Origin: Eledone cirrhosa
Lineage: Eukaryota
Assembly (NCBI GenBank): GCA_964016885.1
Contig: OZ024741.1
Location: forward strand, 238,080,001-238,144,000
Length of the DNA stretch: 64,000 nt
Reading direction: 5' to 3'
This document shows positions 37,898 to 51,530 of this stretch, piece by piece (position 1 is the first letter of the stretch; each line of letters begins with the position of its first letter). The notes beneath the pieces were generated by a model. That model made no database searches. It was not told where the DNA came from and worked only from the letters and a program-made list of their open reading frames with translations. Made by a program: the position numbers and the translations under genes.

Positions 37898-38651
37898 ATT
37901 GAAAGAAATATATAAAATCTTCCTTAACCAATAGGAAATTACTGCAATGTTGTCTGTGTAACAGAAACACAGGAAATAATAGAATCCATGTCAAACAGAA
38001 ATAGTTTGATAGTTTATGTGATAATACTAATTCAAGTAAAATTTAATGACAATAATCCAGAATTCTTTACTTTGCAGCTAATTATTTAAAAATGATAAAA
38101 CTATTTTTTATTATATTTTAATGTTAAAATTAATTATTATAATTAATTACACATTTTAATATATAGCTACTTATATTTTATGTATTATCTCTTTTTAACA
38201 GAAATGCCAAACTCCTAGCTTTTGATACAATGTATACTAAAAAAAAAATGGGAAGAAATATGTTAGAATGAAGTAATTTTGAGGAAATATATTTAGGAAT
38301 AAAATTTACTCTAATTTGTAGTTAAATATTAACGTTGCTCTCCTATTATAAATATATTTTACAAAATGAATGTTAAAATGGAAATTAAAAGATTTAATAA
38401 AAATAAACAAAACATATTTTAAACTATAATATTATAGTGCACTATATTTATATTATTTAAGTGTCTAACCCATGCTAGCATGGAAGATGGACGTTAAATG
38501 AAGGTGATGAGATGATGATGTCTGAGATGTAAATTAGGGGTCATAGTATATTACACTAGAGATAAGACATTTTGTGTAATTAAGGGGAAGTAGTTATAGG
38601 TTTGATATTTTTATATATAAGAATCATTTAACAACTGTGACGGGACATCTA

Positions 38652-38731
38652 CTACGTTGGCTGTAGATAGGTATCTTGTACTTGTTGTCCCTTTTGTATT
38701 GTGGCTGGAACTGGATTGTCATTGGTATATT
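38652..38731 (-). CDS. Pcdh: Protocadherin gene 4, terminal coding exon
   Basis: ttttccag| acceptor, ...DTYLQPT*. Confidence 0.8.
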
Positions 38732-38890
38732 CTGGAAAATATAAAATATAGAAATAGAAATTATATTTCAATATAACAACTTTGTAAAGATATAAACATT
38801 GATGTTATATTACACTAACCATAACAATATATATTGTCTTACAGTAATAAAGGGAATTTCATTTCTGTGTTATATTTAGATAAAAGTTAC

Positions 38891-39038
38891 CTGGTTGTGC
38901 AGATATCTCTTCATATGGTTTAGTCTTGCCAATACTCTTGTAACCTTCTCTGCTTTTTTGTGATGTTAAGGTGTCACTGTTGTAGTTAGACATGCTGAGA
39001 CTGGTGCGACCTTCATGACTATGGATTGAATCACATCT
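38891..39038 (-). CDS. Pcdh: Protocadherin gene 4, second coding exon
   Basis: 148 nt, AG/GT bounded, open frame. Confidence 0.85.
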
Positions 39039-39524
39039 CTGTTGAATATAAAAGATATCAGAAACATGAGTTTAACTAGAGTAACTGTTTTCATTTATTA
39101 GCTAAATTGATCTTTCTATGAAACAAGAAAAGAGTAATTTTATACAATATCATTAAACATCCACAGAATCAGTAGATAACTGTACACATGGAACACATGA
39201 TGTTAATATAAACATTAAAAAAAAACCGCATTGATTTTCAATACAAACTGGAGACTGTGTTGAAAAACTTCCACTAAATGACAATATTACTGTGTTATGA
39301 AAAATAATAGGCTACATATACACTCCTTGAAATGATTTTGTATGGTTTCAGTGATATTTTATCAAAGAAATGCCATGTCAAACTTCAAAATATTGTTGTT
39401 TATAATTTTAAAATGAAAAACAATACTCATCTTCTTTTTATGAGTGAATAATAAAGCAACAATAAATTATGAATAAAAATTGGCAAAACCAATATAATAT
39501 CTAACAATTAAATGTAATATTTAC

Positions 39525-41924
39525 CTGAGGAACTGGTGGAAGTCTCCTTTGTGTTGTTGAGAATTTCCACTCATCTGGTAACTGTTCCATCTCTGGATAA
39601 AACTGACTTTTAGATTTTATTGTCTGAAGATTTCTGTTAAATATCTCTTCTGCATTTCTAGTTATAGCCACAGGGTTGTTAGTCTGATACAATAATTGTC
39701 TCATCTCAGTTGGAGACAGAAAGTTTGGATTATCTGCTGTTGTAGGTGAGTTATTGGTGTGATTAATACATCTGAAAACACACAGTGTTATTGACACTAC
39801 AATAGCCACAGATATTATTACAGCTGCTGCTACAATGATAATTACCCAAGTCATATTGAGGTTGTTACCAGACTGTAGGTGGACAGCATTCAACATTGGA
39901 GATGTATCATTACTAACAAACAGTGTTAGTATGATAACAGTTGTTGCTGATTGAACTGGAGTACCACCATCTTTCACTATAAACTGTAGGTCATATGTTC
40001 CTGCATCATTTTGGTAAACTGTCCGAGAGAAAGATAAGACACCAGTGTGGGAGTTGACTGTAAACAGGTTTTTATCATTAGATCTCAGTATTCCATATGT
40101 GAGGAAAGCATTGTTTCCAGTGTCTTTGTCAGAGGCTTTCAGAATTGTGATGTCTTTCTTACTGTGTGGATGGTAGTGGACATCTAGATTGTAAGGGTCA
40201 TTAATAGGAAAGGTAAAATAGGGAGCATTATCATTTTTATCTAGAATCTCAATAACAATATTGGCAGTGTCATTCAGAGAAGGTGTTCCATTATCTTTGA
40301 CTAAAGCCTGGAATTTATAGATGTCTTTCATTTCCCGATCTATTGACTGTGATGTAGAAATAAATCCATATTTTGTAAGTTGGAAAGGAATGCTATCCTT
40401 GTTGTTATCATTGATGATAGAATATGTAAGTTGACCTCCATCTCCCAGATCAGGGTCTGTAGCATTGATGAAGCCAATAGGGAAGTCAACTTTCTGGTTT
40501 TCATAGGTGAGGAATTGGAATGTATCTTTGGTAAAATGTGGCTGTACATCATTGACATCAGTTACTTTCACTGAGAAATATTTCTTAGTTTCTAGTGGAG
40601 GTGATCCCATGTCATGACATACAATAGATACTTTATAGTGGTCCTTTATTTCTCTATCAAGATGTCCCTTAATAATCATTTTATATTCCTTAGACTCTAT
40701 TTTGGTAAGTTTAAATTTATCATGTTTTAAATCACAGCTAACCTCACCATTAGGTCCAACATCAGTATCAGAGACTATAACATAAGCTATAAAACTACCA
40801 ACTTTACTTGCTTCTGAAACTGCTGTGGAACTTTCTGTTAAAGGTGATACAAAATCTATATTTATTACTGGAGCACTATTCTGGTTATTAACTATATAAA
40901 TATGAACTGTAGTAACAGATTTTAGGGGAGGTTTCCCCTCATCCTGTGCATCGATGAATAATTTATAAGATTGCATCTTACTAAAGTGAAAATTCTCATG
41001 TAAAAATATCTCTCCAGTTTTCTTATCTAGTATAAAATATTTCTGGGCAATTTGAGATGTTTTATGGTTGAAATGATAAGAAATCTTTCCATTGTCTCCA
41101 GAATCTAAATCTGTGGCTTTTAAAGTTAGAATTGGTAAATGTCTTTGATGTGAATTATTTATAGATATGTTGTAGACTTTCTGTGAAAATACAGGTGTGT
41201 TATCATTAACATCTGTCACAGCTATGTGTACCTTGAGTGTAGCTGTTTGGGGAGGGTTCCCTCTATCTTTTGCTTCTAGTGTCAACATATATGACTCCTT
41301 TAGTTCTCTGTCTAGTTTGTCTCTTAAATTTAGCTCTGGTATGAAGACACCATCATGCTGTTTTGCAATAGAGAGAGAAAATGGGTCTCTCTTATCTTTT
41401 TTAATCATGTATGTAATTTGAGAATTCTTTATTGACACATCATGATCAATGGCATTTGGAAGAGAGATTTTATCTCCTTTACTGTCTCTCTCAAAAAATT
41501 CAATTTTCACTTCATTTTGTGGAAATTCTGGAGAATGGTCATTGATGTCTTCTATAATTATTTTAATCTTCAATATCTTCAGAAATGTTTCTGCTTTCCT
41601 CACTGCTACTTTAACAATTCTGGAACATTCCTTGTTATATGTACACAGAGATTCAGCATCCAGTGTCTGTGTAGTGTATAGTTTTCCTGTGTTGGTGACA
41701 TTGAACAAGTGAGAACCACTTGACACTGTCCTTTGCAGTTGTGTAAATGTAATGAGAGTGTGTTGTTGATGTGTAAGAGAGTGTGTTAAGTTAGAATCAA
41801 CAGCAATGTCTCCTATATAGGTGTGAGGACTGTCTTCTTCATTGACATGATATGTAATGTCTATAGACAGTACAATGTTTATCAGTAAATTTAGTAGACA
41901 GAGTAGACCAATATATGTTGTCAT
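39525..41924 (-). CDS. Pcdh: Protocadherin gene 4, large coding exon (800 codons, ~875 aa spliced)
   Basis: Six cadherin repeats plus TM; donor CAG|GTAAAT; acceptor 38 nt before ATG. Confidence 0.95.
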
Positions 41925-42332
41925 GTCTGGAATTCTTCCTCACACTTTAGCTGTAGAAATTTCTACAAAAAACAACAGAAATATTTATAGTCGAAAATTA
42001 AACAATAATTGTGTAAATGCTTTTTCTACTTTCAATATGTCTTCATGAGAACCAACTAAACATTTAAAAATATATCATTTGACAAACTATAATACAGTAT
42101 ATAGGTAGAGTTATTTCCCTGTAATAAATATATCGTCAAAGATACGAGATGACCCTTTTCGAATTACTTAACAAAAATCCCAAGAAACCTTCTTTGAGAT
42201 GCAACCTTATAGTAATTCAATTAAATCATCATAAGTGTGAGCTTTAAATTAAATTTTTATATCAATTACCAATATGGAAACTTTTGGTTTATTAAAAGAA
42301 ACCAAATTTTCAATATTCTCTTTTAATTACCG

Positions 42333-42436
42333 TGAAGGTGCATAGCTTAGTGCTTAGAGAATTTGATGCAGAATCGTGAAGTCGCAAGTTCGATTCCTGG
42401 ATCGTACTTGAGCAAGATACTTTATTTCACGTTGCT
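42333..42436 (+). mobile_element. Decayed tRNA-derived SINE head (also ~51885-52000 and ~60085-60200)
   Basis: TAGCTTAGTG A-box, GTTCGATTCC B-box, followed by CTTGAGCAAGATACTTTATTTCAC. Confidence 0.6.
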
Positions 42437-42844
42437 TTTTCTGTCAGGAGTTGTGACCAGAAGATAGTATCAGCAATAGAAAGACCAATGGAAACATTGT
42501 TTCCTAGGTCTGATTTGAAGAGTTCCACTCCACACCATAAGCAAACGAGGTCTGGGATCTTGTTGATTATTTGATTTTTAATTTACCCTTGAGAGAAAAG
42601 AAACAGTTGTAAACTTTCATGTTACCATGAGGTACATTTAGAAGGAAATATTTAGAATTTATTTGTAACAGATTAATTAAATAATACACCAAATGTCTGG
42701 AATACAATTCAAATGATACAGTATGATGTTTAGTATTGAATAACAAATAAACATATATTGTTTAGCATGGAATCATCATCATCAACACCACTGTTTAACG
42801 TCTATTTTTCCATGCTTGCATAGTTTAGATGGGTCTCCCACGTC

Positions 42845-43385
42845 ATGAGACAAGTTTGGCCAGCTGGTCGCGCTGCACCTTGCTTAGATAGAACTATATT
42901 TTGGTTGGGATTTTTAGAGCTGGATGCCCTATATAACACCAGCCACGTTAACAGTGTGGAACTGGAATGCATCGGCATGAGGGTCTGGCCAGTTGGCTGC
43001 ACCAAACTTTGCTCATATCGGAACCATAGTTTTATGAGCTGGGTGGCCCCATCCTGTTATAAGACAAGTCTGGCCAGAAGGCCACAGTGTACCTTGCACT
43101 TATTGGGACTGTGTGTTGGCTAGTGGGACTGTATTTTGGGATTTTGGTGATCTCATTGTGAGAGAGGTCTGGCCAGTTGGCCGTGGCATGCCTTGCTCAA
43201 AGTGGGGCTGTGTTACTGAGTGGTCCCATTATGAGACAAGTCTGGACAGATGGCAGCACTGTACCTTGTACATATCAGTACACTGCTTACAGCGGAACTG
43301 TAATTTGGGGACTGGATAGACTCATTATGAGGGAAGTCGGGCCAGTTGCCGCACCAGGCCTTGCTCATAGTGGAGCCATGTTTGG
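42845..43385. repeat. Degenerate GC-richer tandem repeat (alternating subunits, ~170-215 bp period)
   Basis: GTCTGGCCAG(T/A)..GC...CCTTGC motif recurs six times; absent from the paralogous spacers near 52300 and 60520. Confidence 0.6.
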
Positions 43386-43789
43386 GCTGATACAAAAATA
43401 TAATCCAAGTCTTCAGGTAAGTTATGTTTCATAAAAAATTAATGTATCCAGCTTCAAATATATGTTAGCTACTATAGTCCAACAACTACCACAAGATTTT
43501 GAAGAGGAGTATTGTGTATTAATTCAATCCCTATAACTTGACTGTTATTTGCTTGAGTTAATTAGAACACCCCTGTGTGGTTGCTACTTTGTAAATAACA
43601 AAGGACAAATATCACTCAGATCAAACCATAGAATTTTGAAAATAGAAGATACACTGGTTATTGACGTTGTATATTTGCTATACCTAAGAAAAGGTTGGGA
43701 TGGTCATGACTTGAAAGGTTTTGTCCATAGATCTGCTCACTTAAGCCTGATTTGTGGTTATTCAAAATCATTATTTACTCACAGAGCAC

Positions 43790-43970
43790 TGTATTGGAAG
43801 TATTGGTAGAGTGTCTGACAGCATACTTTGTGGCATATAGTTGCAGCCCTAAATGTTCTGAGTTCAAATCCCCCTGAGGTTAGATTTACCTTTCATACTT
43901 ATGGGTTTGATAACATAAAGTACCAGTAATGCACTGGTGTTGGTTCAATCGACTTGCCCCTTCTCTGAAA
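43790..43970 (+). mobile_element. Older tRNA-derived SINE (also ~52690-52840 and ~60920-61110)
   Basis: GAGTTCAAATCCC B-box plus degenerate ...GATAA..TAAAGTACCAG core. Confidence 0.7.
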
Positions 43971-46397
43971 ATAGCATTATTTTGTCACAGGTGGAGTAGC
44001 AATGCCTATAATCATTGTAAGCTCTTTGTGACTAATGAAGATGAAGTAGTTAATGTTAAGCCTGGGTTTGATTCCCCCAGTGTGTACTCTAGCCAACAAG
44101 AGTACTATCTACAGTTTCTTTATCTGCTAGAAACAGCAGCTACGTTTCTCTTATATCACAGCCTACCATTTATTCTAAGAACATACATATTAAAATAAAT
44201 GATCATGACTGGAATGCATTTAACCTGGGCTTAAAAAAGACTGCAGCTCCGAGTAGGAGATCTAGAGAAAAGTGTTTAGTGTGAGGTTGTGCTGGGGTAA
44301 GAAACTGTAATGATGAGAACTTTAGGAGGGGATAATGCTCTAGGTAAAGACGGTAAAGAGTATGGTAATCCAAAGAAAATAAAACCATTACAGTAATAAT
44401 AATAATAATGATTTCTTATATGGGCAGAAGGCAAATGAAATCATTACAGTAGTAGTAACATGTCTGCCTGTATGGTATGTCTGTAAGACTGAGTAGTACT
44501 CCAATGTAGGATGCACTTAAGGTTTATATAGGTCATTTTAAAGTAATATAGTGTAGCATTTGGGATATAATTTTGGTAATACTATATGCAGTTGGAGAGA
44601 GAGAGAGAGAAAGGAAGAGAGAGAGAGAGAGAGATAGAGAGATGGCGTTGTTCATATCTTGATAGAATGAGGTACAGACATGTTTTCTTGAAAAGTGTAG
44701 AGATTGTATCTTTGTATTGTAAAACAAGACTAGTGTCTCTTTTCCTCACTGTAGCATGTGTTGGAGATTTCTAAGTTGTATGTGACCTGCTTATCTAACA
44801 ACTTAAGAAAGTATAAATATGCCGTACAGATCTCCAGATACAGTACACCAAGAACAGTTAGAGATAAAACTACATGTGGTTATTGCATATGTATTTTTGC
44901 AGTAAATATTACACACATTAGCAGTTAATTGAAGGAGAATATGAGCCAATAATTCCACTTGGCTTTAGTTTGTACAGAAAGATTAGATGGCCTGGTTGAT
45001 AAAATACTAGAAAACCAGTTGAGCAATCATTAGTTCATACTATGTCACAAACACATCATTTCTCTATGATCAAGGTACTTCATTCCCTATACAATGTAGC
45101 TAGCACAGGAGATGTAACTTACCCCTATAGGTAGAGGTTGTATCGTGGTATTTATGAGTAATTTATTACCTTTCAACGTCTCTTGCCAAGAGAGCTATGT
45201 AATCTTAAAGAAACTGGAGATAAGGACCAACACAATGGATACTTGCTATTACAAAAAGGTTTAGCTCTCATTAAATTAACTATGTAAATGTGTAGGGAAA
45301 ACTGAGCTTAGACAAAATTTAAAAAAAAGATGTTTGATGTTGAAGCTGATCAAAATTCATTTAATAGAGCTATGTTTGTGATGGGAAGTTATAGGGAATA
45401 ATGAAATTACAGAATAAAACAATTCTTTAGAATGAGAGTAAATCACAGTAAACCTATTATATTGTGTTCTAATGAAATTTAATTAAAGGTGTTTCGGCTT
45501 ACAAAACTAAAGATTGACAGCCTAGATGGAGGATATTTTATAGAATTATTCAACTAATATCTTCATGTAATACTTTATATTAAACTTAACTAACATACAG
45601 AGGCATTAATAACAGTGGCACAATAGTTTACAAATTATGTGGAAATATTTTACAATGTTATATTTTCTAGAGACAAAAAATGTTGAAAATAAAATTAATT
45701 GTAATAAAAATAATTTTGATGACAATATCATCATCAATTTATATCTAACAATAAACATAGTAAGATACCAAGATTGAATTCTATTTATCAACATTTAAAT
45801 AAAAAAACCTTCTGAATATCTTATTCACATAGAAATATAAAATGGATATTTAACAAGATATATATAGGGATAGTAATAAACTCGTAGACTTCATTAAAGC
45901 CATAGAAAGATTAAGATTTAAATATTCAATTATTACGGCAACACAGATATAAATTATAATGGCACAAATTATTCATAAACAGTTATATAGTCTATCAATA
46001 AATATATATCCAACAGTTGAATAAATATATAGATGTAATATATATATCATAATAATATCGTGTTTGATTCTAATATTCAAATATGTAGTCTATTTAGTGG
46101 TAATTATATGACAACTACTGCTGTTGTTTTTAATGGTGGAAAAGATAGCTAGATCCCTCTTGTCTCCAGTTCCTACAGGGGATACAGATATTAAATGTTT
46201 ATGATGATGATGAAGATATGTATCGAGAGAGAGATGGATAGATAGATATACAAGATGGTAGACATTTTAGCTATTATGCTTACTCTGTAATTCAGTATAA
46301 TACATTTATATTTATATTATAAATATATTTGCTGTAATGACTATGAAAAGGAAAGAAAAATACATAGAGAGAGGAAGAGAAAGAGAGAGAGTCTTAC

Positions 46398-46690
46398 CTT
46401 CATTGTTTAATCCTTCACTGAAGTTGTGTATAATGTATGTTGTGTATCCTGCTGTAGTGTTCCAGTGTGACTGCTGCTACTGTGTTCAAGCATTACTGCT
46501 GCTGCTGTGGTGTTCCAGTGTAACAGCTGCTTCTGTAGAAGTGTAACTGCTGATGTGACAGTGGTTGTATGTAGTGGGAGGAGAGTTGTTAGCCAGATGG
46601 TGTTGGGGTGGTAGTTACAACATGATGTCTTCCACACACACAATAGTTTGTATGATGAACAAAGAAAAAAGCTATCAGCCTCATTTTGAA
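46398..46690 (-). other. Putative leader exon of protocadherin gene 4
   Basis: CAATGAAG|GTAAG donor; 4435-nt intron to the acceptor at 41963; CCAAT at 46722-46726. Confidence 0.65.
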
Positions 46691-47584
46691 TATTGAAAGA
46701 AATATATAAAATCTCTCTCATCCAATAGGAAATTACTGTAATGTTATCAGTGTTACACAAACACATGAAATAATAGAATTCACATGTAAATGAAGCTACT
46801 TCATAGTATATATATAACAGCACAACATTAGAAGTTTACTAAGAATAATGAAAAAAATTTCATTATTGATTTGATATTAATTATTTAAAAATTCTTTACA
46901 TTTTATCTATTATTACTTTATTTTGAATTTATGTAACAAACTCTTAATGTTTTACAAGAAATATGTTAGAATACCATAATTTTGAGTAAGTATATTTAAA
47001 ATTAATCCCTCCTGATGTAAATATTGGATATATAAAAGAAAGTCATTAATAAAATATTTAGCCATTATTTATGTCAATGTAATTATTTCTAATTTATATT
47101 TAACCTTTAGCATTTACCTTACTTTATATTTACAATTGTATTTTCACGGTAAACACCTTACCTCACATAATATCGAATTTATGAGATTGATATTATCTGT
47201 TTTGAGAACAATACTTTAACATAAGTATGAGCAGCTGGTTACAGCCAGTTTGCTAAAGGGTTAAATGATAAGGTCTTTTTCATAACTAACTTTCTAAACA
47301 TTGTAATATATGAGAACTGAGTGGTATCAATAGAGTAAGGATATTAACCCTAAAATAGGAGGTAAATTAGAAGAATTAATAAAGAAATATATTTGACCTA
47401 TGGTAATATAACAGTACTTATATTATTTATGTATTAAAATGTAAAATTAGGGAATATAAAGGTTGACATTGGTAATCCCTTATAAGTGAAGCATAGAGGT
47501 GATATATAGACATCAATATAAAGTATTCTATAACATTTGGTGTGTGAGAGAGAGAATCATTTAACAATAGTGATGGGACATCTA

Positions 47585-47664
47585 CTACGTTGGCTGTAGA
47601 TAGGTATCTTGTACTTGTTGTCCCTTTTGTATTGTGGCTGGAACTGGATTGTCATTGGTATATT
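47585..47664 (-). CDS. Pcdh: Protocadherin gene 5, terminal coding exon
   Basis: ttttccag| acceptor, ...DTYLQPT*. Confidence 0.8.
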
Positions 47665-47823
47665 CTGGAAAATATAAAATATAGAAACAGAAATTATATT
47701 TCAATATAACAACTCTGTAAAGATATAAACATTGATGTTATATTTTAATAAACATAACATTAAATATTGTGTTACAGTAATAAAGAGAATTACATTTATA
47801 TGTTATGATTAGATAAAAGTTAC

Positions 47824-47971
47824 CTGGTTGTGCAGATATCTCTTCATATGGTTTAGTCTTGCCAATACTTTTGTACCCTTCTCTGCTTTTTTGTGATGTT
47901 AAGGTGTCACTGTTGTAGTTAGACATGCTGAGACTGGTGCGACCTTCATGACTATGGATTGAATCACATCT
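47824..47971 (-). CDS. Pcdh: Protocadherin gene 5, second coding exon
   Basis: 148 nt, AG/GT bounded; lies inside ORF-track 47738..48109. Confidence 0.85.
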
Positions 47972-48084
47972 CTGTGGATTATAAAAGTCAGTAGAGTGAA
48001 TCATAATATTCAATAGAAAAAGGTTTATATTTGTTATATAAAATATTTCACATACAACATAAGAGAGAAATTTTATAATAAATA

Positions 48085-49008
48085 CTAGCAGTGGTACCCG
48101 GCATTGCACGGGAAAAGGTATTTTGGAACGCGGGCCACCAGCAGACCTAATCGCGGAAAAACTGCATGCCTGGACAATATGTAAAGAAAATATACCGAAT
48201 ACTCTGATGGCTGGATAATCTTTAGGATTTTCCTCGATGAAGCAGGAAAAATACAGGTTTTCACCTCATGCTTATTTTCTTGATCCCTAGGGGATCAAGA
48301 AAATAAATATATTTTTATGTGCATAATATGCCTTTAAATTTCGGGAAAAGCGGCTAGACGTAACGCCTCCAAAAAGCCCTAAAAAGCTGGAAAAATGAAG
48401 CTTTTCACCTAATGCGGGCCCTAGGCCATAAAAAAGTTGGATTTTCTTTGCTCACAGTATGAAGAAGAGACTGACTAATACATAGTTACAATTTCAAGGA
48501 TATCGGTCTGACGTAACACCTCAAATAACCCCTAAAAACCTGAAAAAACGCAGTTTTTCACCTAAAGCGGGCCCTAGGAGATAAATTGAATTTTTTTATG
48601 TGCATAATACTCCCTGAAACATAAGTAATACACATGTAGAGTTTGAAAAGAATCGGTTGGGTACTTCTCAAGTTTTAGGGATTCAAACTCACAGACACAC
48701 ACACACACACACATCCTCAGAGAAGTGACGCAATGCAGACAGTCAGACATACAGACAGATATTATAAGGCCGCGACGTTATATGTATGTATCTATCTAAA
48801 AAGAGAAAGACTAAGAATTATAGAGAGAGATCGTTAAATCGCCTAATGTGGTCCCTATTGCATTGAAATTTTGGAATTTATTTTGCTCAGAACGTTCCCT
48901 GAAACAAGTATTACATGTGTAAAGTTTGAAAACAGTCGGTTGAGTGCTTCTCCAGTTTTAGGGATTCAAACTCACACAGACAGACATCCTCAGTTTTAGA
49001 TATATAGA
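48085..49008 (-). mobile_element. Non-autonomous Helitron (924 bp) in an intron of gene 5
   Basis: Minus strand starts TC(TATATATC), ends CCCGTGCAATGCCGGG hairpin + 8 nt + CTAG; sits between A and T without TSD; empty site at ~57139 in gene 6. Confidence 0.85.
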
Positions 49009-49133
49009 TTATTCATTAAATTCTACAAGTGGAGAGATGCTATACTGAAAAATCAGAGAACAGCAGATGTAAAATGATGATGAGAACGATGATGTTCAGA
49101 ACAATAACAGAAATATTTAAAAATAATATTTAC

Positions 49134-51530
49134 CTGAGGAACTGGTGGAAGTCTCCTTTGTGTTGTTGAGAATTTCCACTCATCTGGTAGCTGTTCCATC
49201 TCTGGATAAAACTGACTTTTAGATTTTATTGTCTGAAGATTTCTGTTAAATATCTCTTCCGCATTTCTGGTTATTGCAACAGGGTTGTTGGTCTGATACA
49301 GTAATTGTCTCATCTCAGTCTGAGAGAGAAAGTTTGGATTATCTGCTGTTGTAGGTGAGTTATTGGTGTGATTAATACATCTGAAAACACACAGTGTTAT
49401 TGACACTACAATAGCCACAGATATTATTACAGCTGCTGCTACAATGATAATTACCCAAGTCATATTGAGGTTGTTACCAGTCTGTAAATGGACAGCATTC
49501 AACATTGGAGATGTATCATTACTAACAAACAATGTCAGTATGATAACAGTTGTTGCTGATTGAATTGGAGTACCACCATCTTTCACTATAAACTGTAGGT
49601 CATATGTTCCTGCATCATTTTGGTAAACTGCTCGAGAGAAAGATAAGACACCAGTGTGGGAGTTGACTGTAAACAGGTTTTTATCATTAGATCTCAGTAT
49701 TCCATATGTGAGGAAAGCATTGTTTCCAGTGTCTTTGTCAGAGGCTTTCAGAATTGTGATGTCTTTCTTACTGTGTGGATGGTAGTGGACATCTAGATTG
49801 TAAGGGTCATTAATAGGAAAGGTAAAATAGGGAGCATTATCATTTTTATCTAGAATCTCAATAACAATATTGGCAGTGTCATTCAGAGAAGGTGCTCCAT
49901 TATCTTTGACTAAAACCTGGAATTTATAGATGTCTTTCACTTCCCGATCTATTGATTGTGATGTAGAAATAAATCCATATTTTGTAAGTTGGAAAGGAAT
50001 GTTATCATTGTTGTTATTGATGATAGAATATGTAAGTTGACCTCCATCTCCCAGATCAGGGTCTGTAGCATTGATGAAGCCAATAGGGAAGTCAACTTTC
50101 TGGTTTTCATAGGTGAGGAATTGGAATGTATCTTTAGTAAAATGTGGCTGTACATCATTGACATCAGTTACTTTCACTGAGAAATATTTCTTAGTTTCTA
50201 GTTGAGGTGATCCCATGTCGTGACATACAATAGATACTTTATAGTGGTCTATAGTTTCTCTATCAAGTTGCCCCTTAATAATTAAATTGTATTCTTTAGA
50301 ATCTATTTTATTAAGTTTAAATTTATCATGTTTTAAATCACAGCTAACCTCACCATTAGGTCCAACATCAGTGTCAGTGACCATAACATAAGCTATAAAA
50401 CTACCAACTTTACTTGCTTCTGAAACTGCTGTGGAACTTTCTGTTAAGGGTGATACAAAATCTATATTTATCAATGGTTCATTATTATGGTTATCAATTA
50501 CATAAATATGAACTGTGGTAACAGACTTTAGAGGAGGTTTCCCCTCATCTTGTGCATCAATGAATAATTTGTATGATTGTTTCTTACTAAAGTGAAAATT
50601 ATCATGTGAAAATATCTCTCCAGTTTTCTTATTTAATATAAAATATTTCTGGGCACTTTGAGATGTTTTATGGTTGAAATGATAAGAAATCTTTCCATTG
50701 TGTCCAGAATCTAGATCTGTGGCTTTTACTGTAAGAATTGGTAAATGTCTTTGATGTGAATTATTTATAGATATGTTGTAGACTTTCTGTGAAAATACAG
50801 GTGTGTTATCATTAACATCTGTCACAGTTATGTGTACCTTGAGTGTAGCTTTTTGGGGAGGGTTTCCTCCATCTTTGGCTTCAAGTGTCAACATATATGT
50901 GTCTTTTATTTCCCTATCTAATCTGCTTTCCAAAGTTAATTCTGGTATGAAGACACCATCATGTTGTTTTGTGACAGAGAGAGAAAATGGTTCTCTCTTA
51001 CTTTTCTTTATCATGTATGTAATTTGAGAATTTCTTATTGAAATATCTTTATCAATAGCATTTGGAAGAAGTATTTTATCACCTTTTCTAGCTATCTCAA
51101 AAAATTCCATTTCCACTTCATTTTGTGGAAATTTTGGTGAATGGTCATTAATGTCTTCTATTAATATTTTAATTTTTAAGATCTTCATAAACATTTCTGC
51201 TTTCCTCACTGCTACTTTAACAATTCTGGAACATTCCTTGTTATATGTACACAATGACTCAGCATCCAGTGTCTGTGTAGTGTATAGTTTTCCTGTGTTG
51301 GTGACATTGAACAAGTGAGAACCACTTGACACTGTCCTTTGTAGTTGTGTAAATGTTATGAGAGTGTGTTGTTGATGTGTAAGAGAGTGTGTTAAGTTAG
51401 AATCAACAGCAATGTCTCCTATATAGGTGTGAGGACTGTCTTCTTCATTGACATGATATGTAATGTCTATAGACAGTACAAATGTCATCAGTAAATATAG
51501 TAGACAAAGTAGACCAATATATGTTGTCAT
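49134..51530 (-). CDS. Pcdh: Protocadherin gene 5, large coding exon (799 codons, ~874 aa spliced)
   Basis: Six cadherin repeats plus TM; donor CAG|GTAAAT; acceptor 38 nt before ATG. Confidence 0.95.

Noticed and set aside
43549-43809. 86-87 aa ORFs repeated at 60681-60944
   Set aside because: Disrupted in the third paralogous spacer (~52460-52700) and embedded in SINE-like repeat sequence.
46407-46823. 138-aa and 130-aa (55490..55882) minus-strand ORFs over the leader/promoter block, in frame with a possible CAG acceptor as an alternative tail exon
   Set aside because: The same frame hits TAA after about 27 codons in the paralogous blocks of the other spacer type; composition is low-complexity.
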